A stretch of 32,605 bases of DNA from Amoeboaphelidium occidentale (lineage: Eukaryota). The stretch is taken from the NCBI GenBank assembly GCA_023515795.1, contig JALGPX010000008.1:186001-218605 (forward strand). Direction: 5' to 3'. The position numbers and the translations under genes were made by a program. Every line of letters begins with the position of its first letter. Positions within the stretch are counted from its first letter, which is position 1. The notes below the pieces were generated by a model that did not search any database, was not told the origin of the DNA, and saw only the letters and a program-made list of their open reading frames with translations. This document shows positions 1 to 9,560 of this stretch, one piece after another.

Positions 1-2007
1 AATTCTGAACAAGAGTACAAATACTTTCTCGTAGACCTCAACTGTTGTGTCATTCAAAAACACTTTAATAAGATCATCTTCCCTGCTATTTGATGAAGAC
101 TCTGAACTTGTAGTTTTATAATCGATCATAAGATTGCTCCAAGGAGAATCGGCGTCATTACCCAATAATCGCACATCAAGTCGCTGCTTAACACTGACAT
201 CATCAAATTTCGCAACAGACTTATCCACACAATCATCTAAAGCATTGACCAGCAAATGTCTGTAGACTGCAACGCCGCCGTCCCAACCAGATTGACTGGA
301 TGTCGTGAAAAGTGAATCGAACTCTTTTAGAATATTGAGATAGAAGTCTCCCTTTCCCATAAGATAATAATCTTTCATGGCCTTTAAATGCAACACAAGA
401 TTTGATCTTCCCAGATAATCGATCATACATTTGTTCACGTGATGATACTTGCTATTTATCAGTTCGACTGTAATTTTGTCGCCCATCGGTAAAGTGTATT
501 GAGGAGCTTTATCAACATACTTAAGGTAATTCAGCGTTTTCCCAATGACATATACTCTTCTTAGTAATTCAGGAGTCAGAGAAAAGCTAACGTCAATCTT
601 CTTGAGAAAGTAAGTATCCCACATGTTGATATTAACTCCAGTAGATTTACTTATAATGAACTCGTCATACGGATCTTCAAGCGAGCCACGTTCCATCCAT
701 GCTTTTAAAAACTCATAAAAAGGCTTCACACACATTTCCCAAAGCCTTGGAAGGACATCAGAGTCTTCATCGGATTTGCAACTATAAATACGGTTTAGAA
801 GTTCGATACCATTTAAATCTTTAGAGGCGGCTATGGTTAAGACTTTCTTAACACACAATATCCGTTTGAGCTGTTGCCGTGTTAAATGCAAGACTCTAAT
901 CATTGAGATGTGCTGATCTGACGACACCATTTGAGACAAAGAGTCAATAAAGCGCAGATACTCCATATCCTCACTCTTTGCAGCGTCAAATAAACACTTT
1001 CTTACTAAAGAGCTAGAGTTATCCGTTTCCAATAAACGTTTGAATTCCATGTATTCATTCGGTAATCTGATCATCTCTTTGAGTAAATTGATAATACTTA
1101 AAGACAAGGAAGTATTTGCATAATTCACTTCATAAGAACCATCTTTCTTTCTGGCCAGAATAGGTTGCGAATTCTGATCCTTTATAACATTAGCAGAGGA
1201 GGATGAAACGTCTAGCGATTGACAACTATAAACAAACTCCCTCACAATGCGCCGATTCAAATCTTTACGGACGTGGCCCAAAACATTGTTGTTACCACCG
1301 GAAGAATTCTTTCGCTCTTTCTCGTCGACCACAAAGTCGCCACTGGGTGCGTTAGACAGCGGCTTTTGAAACAGCGCAGAGGAAGACGATGAAACGCTAT
1401 TAATCCCAGCCAAAAGTAACAAACTGCCGCCAGCGCTAGCACCGCCCATATCATCTGCGTTCGACCCTTTACCAATAGAATCCATCAAAGCCAATAGAAA
1501 CCGCAACACATTTGCGTACAAATCCGTCGAGCTTTTAGAGCAAATTTGTAGCTTCTTCAAAAGATACCCAAACAGCACAGCCTTCTTCGTACCTTCTTCC
1601 TCTGTTGTATTCCTGGACTGCACCAGCTTCTTTTTGATCATCTCTGTAACAGAATATTCATCCAAAGCAACGCTGTTTACAGTATAAATGCGACTATTAA
1701 GAATTCTGTTCAAATAAGAGCTTAGAAGAACTATTTGCTTTCGCTTATCCTCGGAACCAGATGGGACAGAATGTCTTATCAACTGAATCAGCAAGGCATT
1801 CTGTGTGTAGCCAACGGTCGCTGTAGTGCGCACAGATGTGTTTAGCGATTCTGTTTCAGCGAACAGGGAAGGAACTCCAGAGCTAAAGTTCGAAGCGCCC
1901 TGCTTTACATTCGGCAAAATGCCGCTGCTGCTGTTCGCATTAAAAGTATTTTCCTTGAACGATGTCGAAAGCATTCTGCTATAGTTTTTGTTGTCTCCGT
2001 CGGCCAT
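1..2007 (-). CDS. TUBGCP3: Gamma-tubulin complex component 3 (Spc98/Alp6/GCP3), 3' end beyond the window edge
   Basis: Not in the ORF track because it has no stop in the window. My translation is open from ATG 2007 to position 1 (669 codons). Motifs: KPFYEFLKAWMERGSLEDPYDEFII, VIGKTLNYLK, HLKAMKDYYLMGKGDF, VYRHLL and RLDVRLL...PW..L.IDY, matching the Spc97/Spc98 GRIP family and closest to GCP3. Confidence 0.88.
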   Translation of the reverse strand, partial: MADGDNKNYSRMLSTSFKENTFNANSSSGILPNVKQGASNFSSGVPSLFAETESLNTSVRTTATVGYTQNALLIQLIRHSVPSGSEDKRKQIVLLSSYLNRILNSRIYTVNSVALDEYSVTEMIKKKLVQSRNTTEEEGTKKAVLFGYLLKKLQICSKSSTDLYANVLRFLLALMDSIGKGSNADDMGGASAGGSLLLLAGINSVSSSSSALFQKPLSNAPSGDFVVDEKERKNSSGGNNNVLGHVRKDLNRRIVREFVYSCQSLDVSSSSANVIKDQNSQPILARKKDGSYEVNYANTSLSLSIINLLKEMIRLPNEYMEFKRLLETDNSSSLVRKCLFDAAKSEDMEYLRFIDSLSQMVSSDQHISMIRVLHLTRQQLKRILCVKKVLTIAASKDLNGIELLNRIYSCKSDEDSDVLPRLWEMCVKPFYEFLKAWMERGSLEDPYDEFIISKSTGVNINMWDTYFLKKIDVSFSLTPELLRRVYVIGKTLNYLKYVDKAPQYTLPMGDKITVELINSKYHHVNKCMIDYLGRSNLVLHLKAMKDYYLMGKGDFYLNILKEFDSLFTTSSQSGWDGGVAVYRHLLVNALDDCVDKSVAKFDDVSVKQRLDVRLLGNDADSPWSNLMIDYKTTSSESSSNSREDDLIKVFLNDTTVEVYEKVFVLLFRI

Positions 2008-2130
2008 GCGGAGGTGAAACAAATTTGTAAATAAAGAAGGAGAAGTTTATTGCGCAGAGCTTCAGCGTCTACATGCTGCGAGCTGGAGAGTATCGCGAAG
2101 ATTTGAACCCTGCTCAGCCTAGATCGTCTT

Positions 2131-3630
2131 TCATCGTCGAAAGTGATCCTTCTTGAACCGAAACTGTAAATACAAAACACCATTAGGATAGAATCTACAC
2201 AGAAACCCTCTCCAATGCGCACACTCCCACTCTTGATTCTTTATCCTGAAACATACATCCAAGTAAGGATGGCCAGCAGTGAATTTTAATAGTACAGTCT
2301 CATCTTGACCATCAGTGCTTTTCGGGCTTTCAGGATCTTTAATAAGTTTATAGCTCGGAGTCACAGTGCTTCCAATTAACTCAGGATAGAATGCAATAAA
2401 TCTGTAACCCTGTACCTTCTTTGGAGGAGGATTATCAGCAGAATAATGAGTTTGATTGTATTTGTTCCATTCAAAGCCCATCATTACCCTATTGAGGAAT
2501 CTAGGCTTCTTCCATCCTTGTAAATCTTTGACATCAACAGGCAGTTGGACTTCCTCAACAGGATGGAATACTGTTACCTTGTCGCCTTCCGCAGCCTCAT
2601 GAATAGCCTCAAGACGTCTAGCTTCTTTTAAATACAGAGCCGCGGCTGCAGCAGAGTCATCAAAAGGTACAAATGGTATTGAATGTGATTTGGTTGCTTC
2701 TGATACTTCTTGTACTTGTAGCAATGCGTTCAACTGTTTCTCTTTGTAACTTAATGCTTTCTTGCGTTTCACTTGTGGTGTTTCTTCAGCCTGCAATAAA
2801 TACTCTTCAGAATGAGACCGCTTTAGTGTCACAGAGACATCGTTGTCCTCTTGTATTGTTTGCTCCTGTACAATGTGTGGGGCCTCTGTTGTAGCATAAT
2901 CATATAAACTTTCTTCTTTCCTCTTATCAAGTATACTCAGTAATTCTTCAGCAGCATCAGATTCTCCCAGGGCTTTCAATTGTTCTATGCGCTTATTACA
3001 AAAACTCCGATAAATCTGAATTAATCGCGAGCGATCCTTAAAAACTTTCAGTGCTGCCAACATCGTTTCCCAATAATCGACATCGACAATGCCCTGCGTC
3101 GTTCCAGCGTTCTTCAATTTTGTATTGACTCGCTTTTCTAATTTCAAAAGTTCTTCCAAGCTCTTCTTTGATAAACTTTCATGAATGTCCCTTAGCACTT
3201 GAGCATTTATAGATGCCGGGTTCAATGCAGCAACAGAAGTAAACAAAAGACGTTCCTTAGTGGACCATTCAGAGTTAAGATCATTCGATAGCTTCTTCAG
3301 TTCATCATCGACAAGCCTTTGCAATATCATCCAATACTCCGATTCTTCGTGCTCAGCTTCCACAATGAATGCGACTTCATCTTTCAATTGTAATAACTCA
3401 TTATTGTCCAGATCATTCAGAATAACAAAAGGCTCAACGGGAAGAATATCACAATCCTCGAATATGCGCGCATTCTTTACAGCCTCTGAACAAATATTAA
3501 CAAAACAAAGCAGAAGGTCCACTGCACAAGGTCGACTGCTTTTGATCCTCTGAGCAGCCTTTTGCTTCATTTGCGTTAGGTGAAAAGCATCCTCTTTGCT
3601 CAGCTCAGAAGTCTTTGCTACGGAAGACAT
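2131..3630 (-). CDS. CACTIN: Cactin (spliceosome-associated), N-terminally short
   Basis: C-terminal signature KPRFLNRVMMGFEWNKYNQTHYSADNPPPKKVQGYRF...FTAGHPYLDVCFRI...WE; mid-domain FHLTQ...RIK...VDLL and DVDYWETML. First ATG in frame is 3630; the track start at 3669 is TTG. Confidence 0.92.
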   Translation of the reverse strand: MSSVAKTSELSKEDAFHLTQMKQKAAQRIKSSRPCAVDLLLCFVNICSEAVKNARIFEDCDILPVEPFVILNDLDNNELLQLKDEVAFIVEAEHEESEYWMILQRLVDDELKKLSNDLNSEWSTKERLLFTSVAALNPASINAQVLRDIHESLSKKSLEELLKLEKRVNTKLKNAGTTQGIVDVDYWETMLAALKVFKDRSRLIQIYRSFCNKRIEQLKALGESDAAEELLSILDKRKEESLYDYATTEAPHIVQEQTIQEDNDVSVTLKRSHSEEYLLQAEETPQVKRKKALSYKEKQLNALLQVQEVSEATKSHSIPFVPFDDSAAAAALYLKEARRLEAIHEAAEGDKVTVFHPVEEVQLPVDVKDLQGWKKPRFLNRVMMGFEWNKYNQTHYSADNPPPKKVQGYRFIAFYPELIGSTVTPSYKLIKDPESPKSTDGQDETVLLKFTAGHPYLDVCFRIKNQEWECAHWRGFLCRFYPNGVLYLQFRFKKDHFRR

Positions 3631-3707
3631 GATCGGCTCAAAAAGCTTGTCGAGAAACCTTTCTGTCAAGCGACTTCAGCGCAAATAGAATCCTTCGGAA
3701 CAACAAA

Positions 3708-6544
3708 ATGCCAACAGAGAATGATCATATCAAACCAGGCACTTTTATGGCTGAATACTCTAAAGTGATTTACTTCATCATTATGTTTCATAACTCATTC
3801 CGTAGAGTGACCGCAGTTCATGCAAAAGATGTAACAAGGGAATCAAGAATGAGGCAGTCCGTATTATGCTGTTCCAAGCTTCGAACTTTCACGATGGCCT
3901 GCAGAAGACTAATTATCATCCGGAATGTTGTTTTGAGTATTTTTCTGGTATTCTACTGCACTGCGTTGATGATATCCTGCAATTTGACGCATTACGGAAT
4001 GATGATCAAATGAAACTGAGAAAGTTATGGGAAGAGTACGCGGACGAGAATGATGAACAAGATGGAGTTAAGAAGGGCTACATGATAGAAAAGTCGAAAA
4101 GTGGCAAGAGCAAATGCAGGTCATGTTTGGAGTTCATTGAGAAGAATCACATCAGGATGGGCTTCAAAGTTCTTGGTGCTTTTGGTTTGCAGATGGCATG
4201 GTATCATGTAGATTGTTTTATGGAACAGTGTAATGATATGGCTTCCTCTGTTAAGCAGTTTGGTAATTGGGATACATTGGAACAGGAAGAGATCGATCGC
4301 ATAGAAAGCTTGTTTGCCAAAGTTGCTGTGCCCGTTGCTGATAAACAAGGCACTTCTAAGGTTGATAAGGATTCTAATGATAAGGAAAATTTGATCAAAA
4401 AGCAGAATGACGAATTATGGAAACTGAAAGATGATCTGAACAAGAAATGCTTGCAACACTTGACGCTGAAAGACAGGAAAGCATTACTTATCGAGATTCT
4501 TCATAATAATAATGTCCAACTGGAGAGCAAGTCACACACAGATCCTCTCGATGTTGTTCTTGATTGCACACTTTACGGGTTGCCAAAAGAATGTCCAGAA
4601 TGTGGCAAATCAAGATTAATGTGGAGTTCTATCGATAACTTTTATAAGTGCCCAACATTCTTGGAATGGGGAAAATGTATAGGAAAACTAGATTCTGAAC
4701 AAGGTGTAGATCCTAATGCAGACTTGCAGTTAAATCTTTCTGAAGAATGGTATGCTGTAGATGAAAATGTACAAGGTGTAAAAAAGTATGTAGAAGCGTT
4801 GCTTAAAAGCTTAAAGAGCTCAAAGAAGAGAAAACGAGCTATGAAGACAAAAGCAGGTATTCCAAAGAGTGAAGTGGTGACTACAGATGACCTTGCAAAG
4901 AAGAGAAAGAGAAAGCCAGAGGAAGAGACAAATAATGTCAGCAAAGTGTATGTGAAGAATGGATATGAAATTGACGCCGAAACAGAACTGCAGGAAACAC
5001 ATCATATTTACGTCGAAGGAGACACTGCATACACTGCAACACTGTCGTCTACAGATGTTCATTCTGGTAGAAATGCTTTCTATAAATTGCAACTACTTGA
5101 ACCAGATAGTTTCAAAGGATCTTATTACTTGTTCAGATCATGGGGAAGAGTTGCCAGTAGTGCTGGAGGAACGAAGTTGCAAAGATTTATGAATGTTGAA
5201 TACGCCAAGGAAGAATTTTGCAATCAATTTCTTGAAAAGACAGGTAATGAATTTGAAGCAAAGGAGTTTGTCAAGAAACCAAAGAAATTCTATCCACTAG
5301 CTGTTGAGGCAAAGGCTTTAGCAAAGACGGTAGATTTGAGCAAGGAGAAAGCATCATCTTCACTTGCTCAAGAAGTTCAAGATTTGCTAATGTTGATTTT
5401 TGACCAGAATTTAATGAAGAAAGCTTTGAAGGAAATGGATCTTGACTTGCAGAAAATGCCTTTAGGTAACATATCAGAAACACAAGTGAAGAAAGGATAC
5501 TCAGTTTTGTCGGAGATAGAACAAATATTATCGGAAAGCAAGACTATCAAGAAGTCTGAAATCCAGGCTTTGTCAAGCAAGTTCTTTACCATCATTCCAC
5601 ATAACTTTGCTCGTGGAATACAAATGCCTTTGTTAGACAATCATGATTTTGTCAAGGAAAAGATTAAGATGCTAGACAATATGAGGGAAATATCTGCTGG
5701 TTTTGAAATGTTAAAAGTAGATGTTGAAGACAGTGGTAAGAATCTATTGGATAGTCATTATGAGGCACTTAGCACCGAAATTACAGTGCTTCCACAAAAG
5801 GCAACTGAATTTGCTTTGATAGAAAAATATGTCAATTCAACACATGCTCCAACTCATAAAGACTATAATTTGGATATAACTGCTGTTTTTAAAGTCGCTC
5901 GCTCTAATGAAATGGACATTTACAAAGAGCATCTAAAACAGAATCCGCGCTTGGCTGAAAACAGGTTAATGTTATGGCACGGAAGTAGAGTTACAAATTT
6001 TGCTGGTATTTTGCATCAAGGTCTTCGTATTGCTCCGGCTGAAGCTCCAGTTACTGGATACATGTTTGGAAAAGGTATTTACTTTGCTGATATGGTCACC
6101 AAGTCGGCAAATTATTGTTGCGCTACACCTGAGGACCCTACTGGGTTGCTTATACTATGTGAAACTGCCTTAGGCGATATGCACGAATTGACAGAGTCTG
6201 AGTTTATCGAGGAACTTCCAGACGGTAAATTTTCCACAAAGGGTTTGGGTAAATCAATTCCATCTGGATTTGAGAACTTTCCGACTGAGGTTAAAGGCAA
6301 AACTAGCGAAAATACAGATTCAGGCTATTTAAAGAAAGCGAGATCAATGAGAAGTTCATCAAGGAAAAAGCCTGTTGATAGTACTGTGGTTATGCCAATG
6401 GGGCCTCCAACAAAAAATTCAAGTTTAAAGAAAAGCGAGCTCCTATACAATGAATACGTTGTTTACAACCCAAAGCAAGTTTGTATTAGATATTTGGTTC
6501 AAGTTAAGTTTCAGTTCAAAGGTCGAAAGTCTGGGCGAAGATAA
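3708..6544 (+). CDS. PARP1: Poly(ADP-ribose) polymerase, PARP1-like; exons 3708-3764 and 3806-6544 (~931 aa)
   Basis: Splicing a 41-nt GT..AG intron (3765-3805) restores zinc finger 1 (AEYSK|SDRSSCKRC...YHPEC). Then zinc finger 2 (IEKSKSGKSKCRSC...WYHVDC), Zn3/PADR1 (CPECG...YKC...EWGKC), WGR (FRSWGRV), regulatory domain (KMPLG, FFTIIPH) and the catalytic H-Y-E motifs (LWHGSR, GYMFGKGIYFAD, LLYNEYVVY). Confidence 0.96.
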
Positions 6545-6545
6545 C
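6538..6545 (+). repeat. Target-site duplication, left copy (AAGATAAC), containing the PARP1 TAA stop
   Basis: Identical to 10795-10802 and directly abuts the left TIR; the match does not extend beyond 8 bp on either side. Confidence 0.82.
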
Positions 6546-6560
6546 TAAGGATGCCGCAAG
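6546..6560 (+). repeat. Terminal inverted repeat at the omegaRNA end
   Basis: TAAGGATGCCGCAAG versus the reverse complement of the other end, TATGGTTGCCGCAAG: mismatches only at positions 3 and 6. Confidence 0.8.
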
Positions 6561-6593
6561 CTGGCTTGTCAAGCCGACGCGCAGCAATCAGAA

Positions 6594-8783
6594 TTAGCTA
6601 GTCACAAAATAAAAATTACCTGCTACTTTAACCTGATAATCCCAAGAGTACCGGTTCTGCGGTCTTGCGACTGGTAGTAGCCTACAGGCCCGAAGGCTCA
6701 CGAGCTTGTATCCACTTGATTCCAAATTCTTGATCATAATATTCCGAGCAGCATTCATATCTCGATCGAACTTGAAACCGCAGTGTGTACAATTGAACTT
6801 TTTGTTTCCTCCAAGTTTGTGGTTGAGTCTCCCACAAACTCCACATGCTTTTGAGGTGTATTCCTCGGTGACAACATGGACTGCACAGTTTGGATTTTCC
6901 TCTGCTTTTTGAAGAAGTTTTTGTTTGAACCTGTAATTGAGACCAATTAAGCATATTTCTTGCAGTTTTCGAATTGATCTTGCGATTTGTCTTGATTACC
7001 ATCTTGCTAACATCAAAGGTAGGAATCAAGATGACATTGTAACGGCTTATGAGATCGTGCGCAAGTTTGCCGTGAAAATCAGATACCAAATTCTTGATGC
7101 GCTGCCGAGCCCTCTGAATTGCCGCGTTCATTCTTCTTCGTTTGTACCGATTCTTCCGACCGGTCTTGACCTCAGCTGCTTNACATCAAAGGTAGGAATC
7201 AAGATGACATTGTAACGACTTGTAAGATCATGAGCAAGTTTTCCATGAAAGTTTGAAATCAAATTCTTGATGCGCTGCCGAGCCCTCTGAATTGCCGCGT
7301 TCATTCTTCTTCGTTTGTACCGATTCTTCCGACCGGTCTTGACCTCAGCTGCTTTAGAAATTAAGCGATCCAAATTAAGACACAGCCTTTCAACTCTTCT
7401 GATATCGCCCTTTCCAGCCTCAAAGAAGTTCCCGAAGCTGTCGTACACGGTTTGAAACGTGCGAAGTCCAGGGTCTAGAGCAGCAGCCTTTGGATGATTT
7501 TCTTTAGTTTTTTCTTGATTGGTCTTGTTGTAAGGAAAGCACACGTAGAAGTGATCTGGCTTCTCCCAAACAACTTCAACTAGCCTCTTGTATTCCTTAG
7601 ATCCTTGTTTGTTCATTTCATTCTCTATGATTGATTTGGCCCGCTGAAATTCAGACTCTGATATGAGCTTAAGAGGCTTTCTGAGTGCATCAAGAGGAAG
7701 TTTCAGGCCAAAGTTTTTTCTTTCGGTGCATTTTCTGGCGCTGGTGGACTCAACACATCGAATCGCGTAAGCGCCCCCTGGGTAGAAGCTGAAGCTTTGC
7801 CGTACATCTTTCTTCTTTTTTCTTGACATTTTGTATTTGAANCTTTCTGAGTGCATCAAGAGGAAGTTTCAGGCCAAAGTTTTTCTTTCGGTGCATTTTC
7901 TGGCGCTGGTGGACTCAACACATCGAATCGCGTAAGCGCCCCCTGGGTAGAAGCTGAAGCTTTGCCGTACATCTTTCTTCTTTTTTCTTGACATTTTGTA
8001 TTTGAATGCTTTGTTTTGTTCTCTAAATGATTCCTCGGTGGCTTTGATAGAGGAGACCAGTTTGTGAATAGTTTCTTCTTTAATTTTGCTTGAACAAATG
8101 TTTCCATCGTACAGCCATGGACGGCTTGCTCGATCTTCCTCTGGAACATTGGAGGTAGTCACAATCTTGTTGCGAAGGGACTGCCAGTTCTTTGGGTGGC
8201 CACGGACGAACATTTCATCCAGCCCTTGATTCCACACCACGCGAACAATTCCAAAGATCTGTTTGAGTGCAGCTTTTTGTATGGCGTCAGGATGAACACG
8301 AATCTTGACGGATCGCATTGTTTCATCTGCTGCAGGCCCAGATTTCATTCTGCTGCAGATCTGTTTCTCATTAAATGACATGCCAGATTGCAGCGGTTTT
8401 GTTTTCTTTCTCTTTTTACTTTCAGGGCTCTGCCTGTTTAAATGGTATGCTTCCGGTGGATTTTTATGAACGGTAATTTTGTTGTTCAGTTGTGCAAGCG
8501 GTGCATAGTAATTGGCAGTGCACCAAGAAATAGTCCCCTTTGATGCTTTGAACTGAGTTACGGCGCTTGGACTAGATCGTGTTCCAGTATACTGAATTGC
8601 TAGTCTTTGAGACATTACTTTGGATTTATCAGTCCATCATGGCGCATATTTCAATGGTTGGGCTTGGTTTAATTGAGGAGTTGAAACAGGTGCTTGCGGA
8701 GCTGCTGCAGCTCTAGGAGTTCTATTAAGAGTCTGATATGGTTGGTGCTTTGGTTTCTTCTGCAATCTTGTTACGACAGGCAT
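6594..8783 (-). pseudogene. Fanzor2 (eukaryotic TnpB/IS607-derived RNA-guided endonuclease), ~616 aa reconstructed, disrupted as assembled
   Basis: Joined from track ORFs 7869-8615, 7128-7859 and 6682-7131 plus my translation. Start MPVVTRLQKK (ATG 8783); P*WTDKSKVMSQRL; NLS-like KKRKK; OrfB helix RSVKIRVHP...QKAALKQIFGIVRVVWN; RuvC-I ALDPGLRTF; RuvC-II region VILIPTF (Pro in place of the canonical Glu); NWSHYRFKQKLLQKA; relocated Glu VTEEYTSK; zinc finger CGVC...CTHC; RuvC-III DRDMNAARNI; stop TAA 6596-6594. Lesions: in-frame TGA at 8639-8637, one extra base at 6937/6938, and a 1-nt homopolymer deletion in one of two duplicate copies (~7870). Confidence 0.93.
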
Positions 8784-8844
8784 TGCTTAATGAAGAAAAT
8801 AGAAAGTCTACTGTTGAAACGATTTGATCATAGGGGCATTGATC

Positions 8845-9560
8845 TTGCCGAATAGGGTGGTAATTGATGTTACAACCCGCATGATCAAAAATCACTTTAT
8901 AAGGAAATAAAAGTGTCATTAAATTGACAAATCAATGCAATTCTTCTGTCAGAGGATGTACAATTACTTTGGCGGATGTTGGAATCATTTGAGTGGCAAA
9001 GTGCAAGAACTGCAGTCCTGACGACGTTCCCGTCATGTGAGATACATAAAAGTTGCTCACTTGCGATGTTAAATAAGCCATGACTTAAATATTGACTTGA
9101 AACGAGAAGAGTTCTAAATGTTTCGATAGTCTTTGATTTCTGTGATTGAAACAGCGCAATCGCGAAAAGAACCTGAGGCCATATGATGTTTCCGACAAAC
9201 GTATTCCAAATCTGTTGGAAGATTCTGAAAGGGCACTATGTGAAGTTTTATTTGGGCTGAATTCAAGCTCCCAGCTTGAGTCTTGAGAATGCCATCTCAA
9301 CTAGTTCCTTTAATTTTGAACTTTCACACGCTTAGAGAGAGTTTAGCACCGAGATAGCAAATAAATGTTTCCTCTGTCACAAATAAACGACGATATTGAT
9401 AGATACTACACGAAAACAGTGTTCAAGATGCCATTATTGGAGTCTTTGCATGAGATCAAACATCAGTCTGAAACAACAACACCAACACGCTACCATGTTT
9501 CACGCTTCAAGCGTCATTTGACAGAATAGTAAGCAAAGACTCAGAACTGAGAGTTTCATG
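8845..9560 (+). pseudogene. Heavily decayed hAT-like transposase remnant (C-terminal half)
   Basis: Fragments in hAT order across frameshifts: LPNRVVIDVTTR (8845-8880, compare L..DV.TRWNS), LLWRMLESFE / KVQELQS / DDVPV (8964-9034, compare L.PFE.AT.ELQ....PT), DDIDRYY (9389-9409) and KQRLRTESF (9531-9557, compare the dimerisation domain ELDRYL...R.RL..E). Recognised by eye only; many stops. Confidence 0.4.

Larger units (their letters stand above)
6526..6720 (-). ncRNA. Putative Fanzor omegaRNA: scaffold about 6720-6546 plus flank-derived guide about 6545-6526
   Basis: Lies between RuvC-III and the element end, where TnpB/Fanzor guide RNAs are encoded. Minus-strand hairpins: GCC-UUCG-GGC (6697-6688), GUC-GCAA-GAC (6671-6662), GCUACU/AGUAGC stem (6681-6676 with 6627-6622), and terminal stem GAUUGCUGCG...UGCGGCAUC (6589-6550) enclosing GGCUU-GAC-AAGCC. 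Boundaries are inferred and expression is unknown. Confidence 0.65.

Noticed and set aside
233..2222. Short track ORFs (233-430, 1257-1475, 1905-2222) and similar small ORFs nested in larger genes throughout
   Set aside because: They are alternative-frame or antisense shadows of well-supported genes such as GCP3, cactin and PARP1.
6546..6720. CRISPR array or bacterial contamination as the source of the Cas12-like gene
   Set aside because: No repeat-spacer array, the element is joined without gaps to intron-containing eukaryotic sequence, and the protein has Fanzor-type catalytic rearrangement and NLS-like motifs.
8637..8639. TGA read as Trp through a variant genetic code
   Set aside because: TGA is the normal stop for cactin, SEC62, MIA40 and the methyltransferase, and TAA/TAG also terminate genes; a TGG>TGA mutation is simpler.
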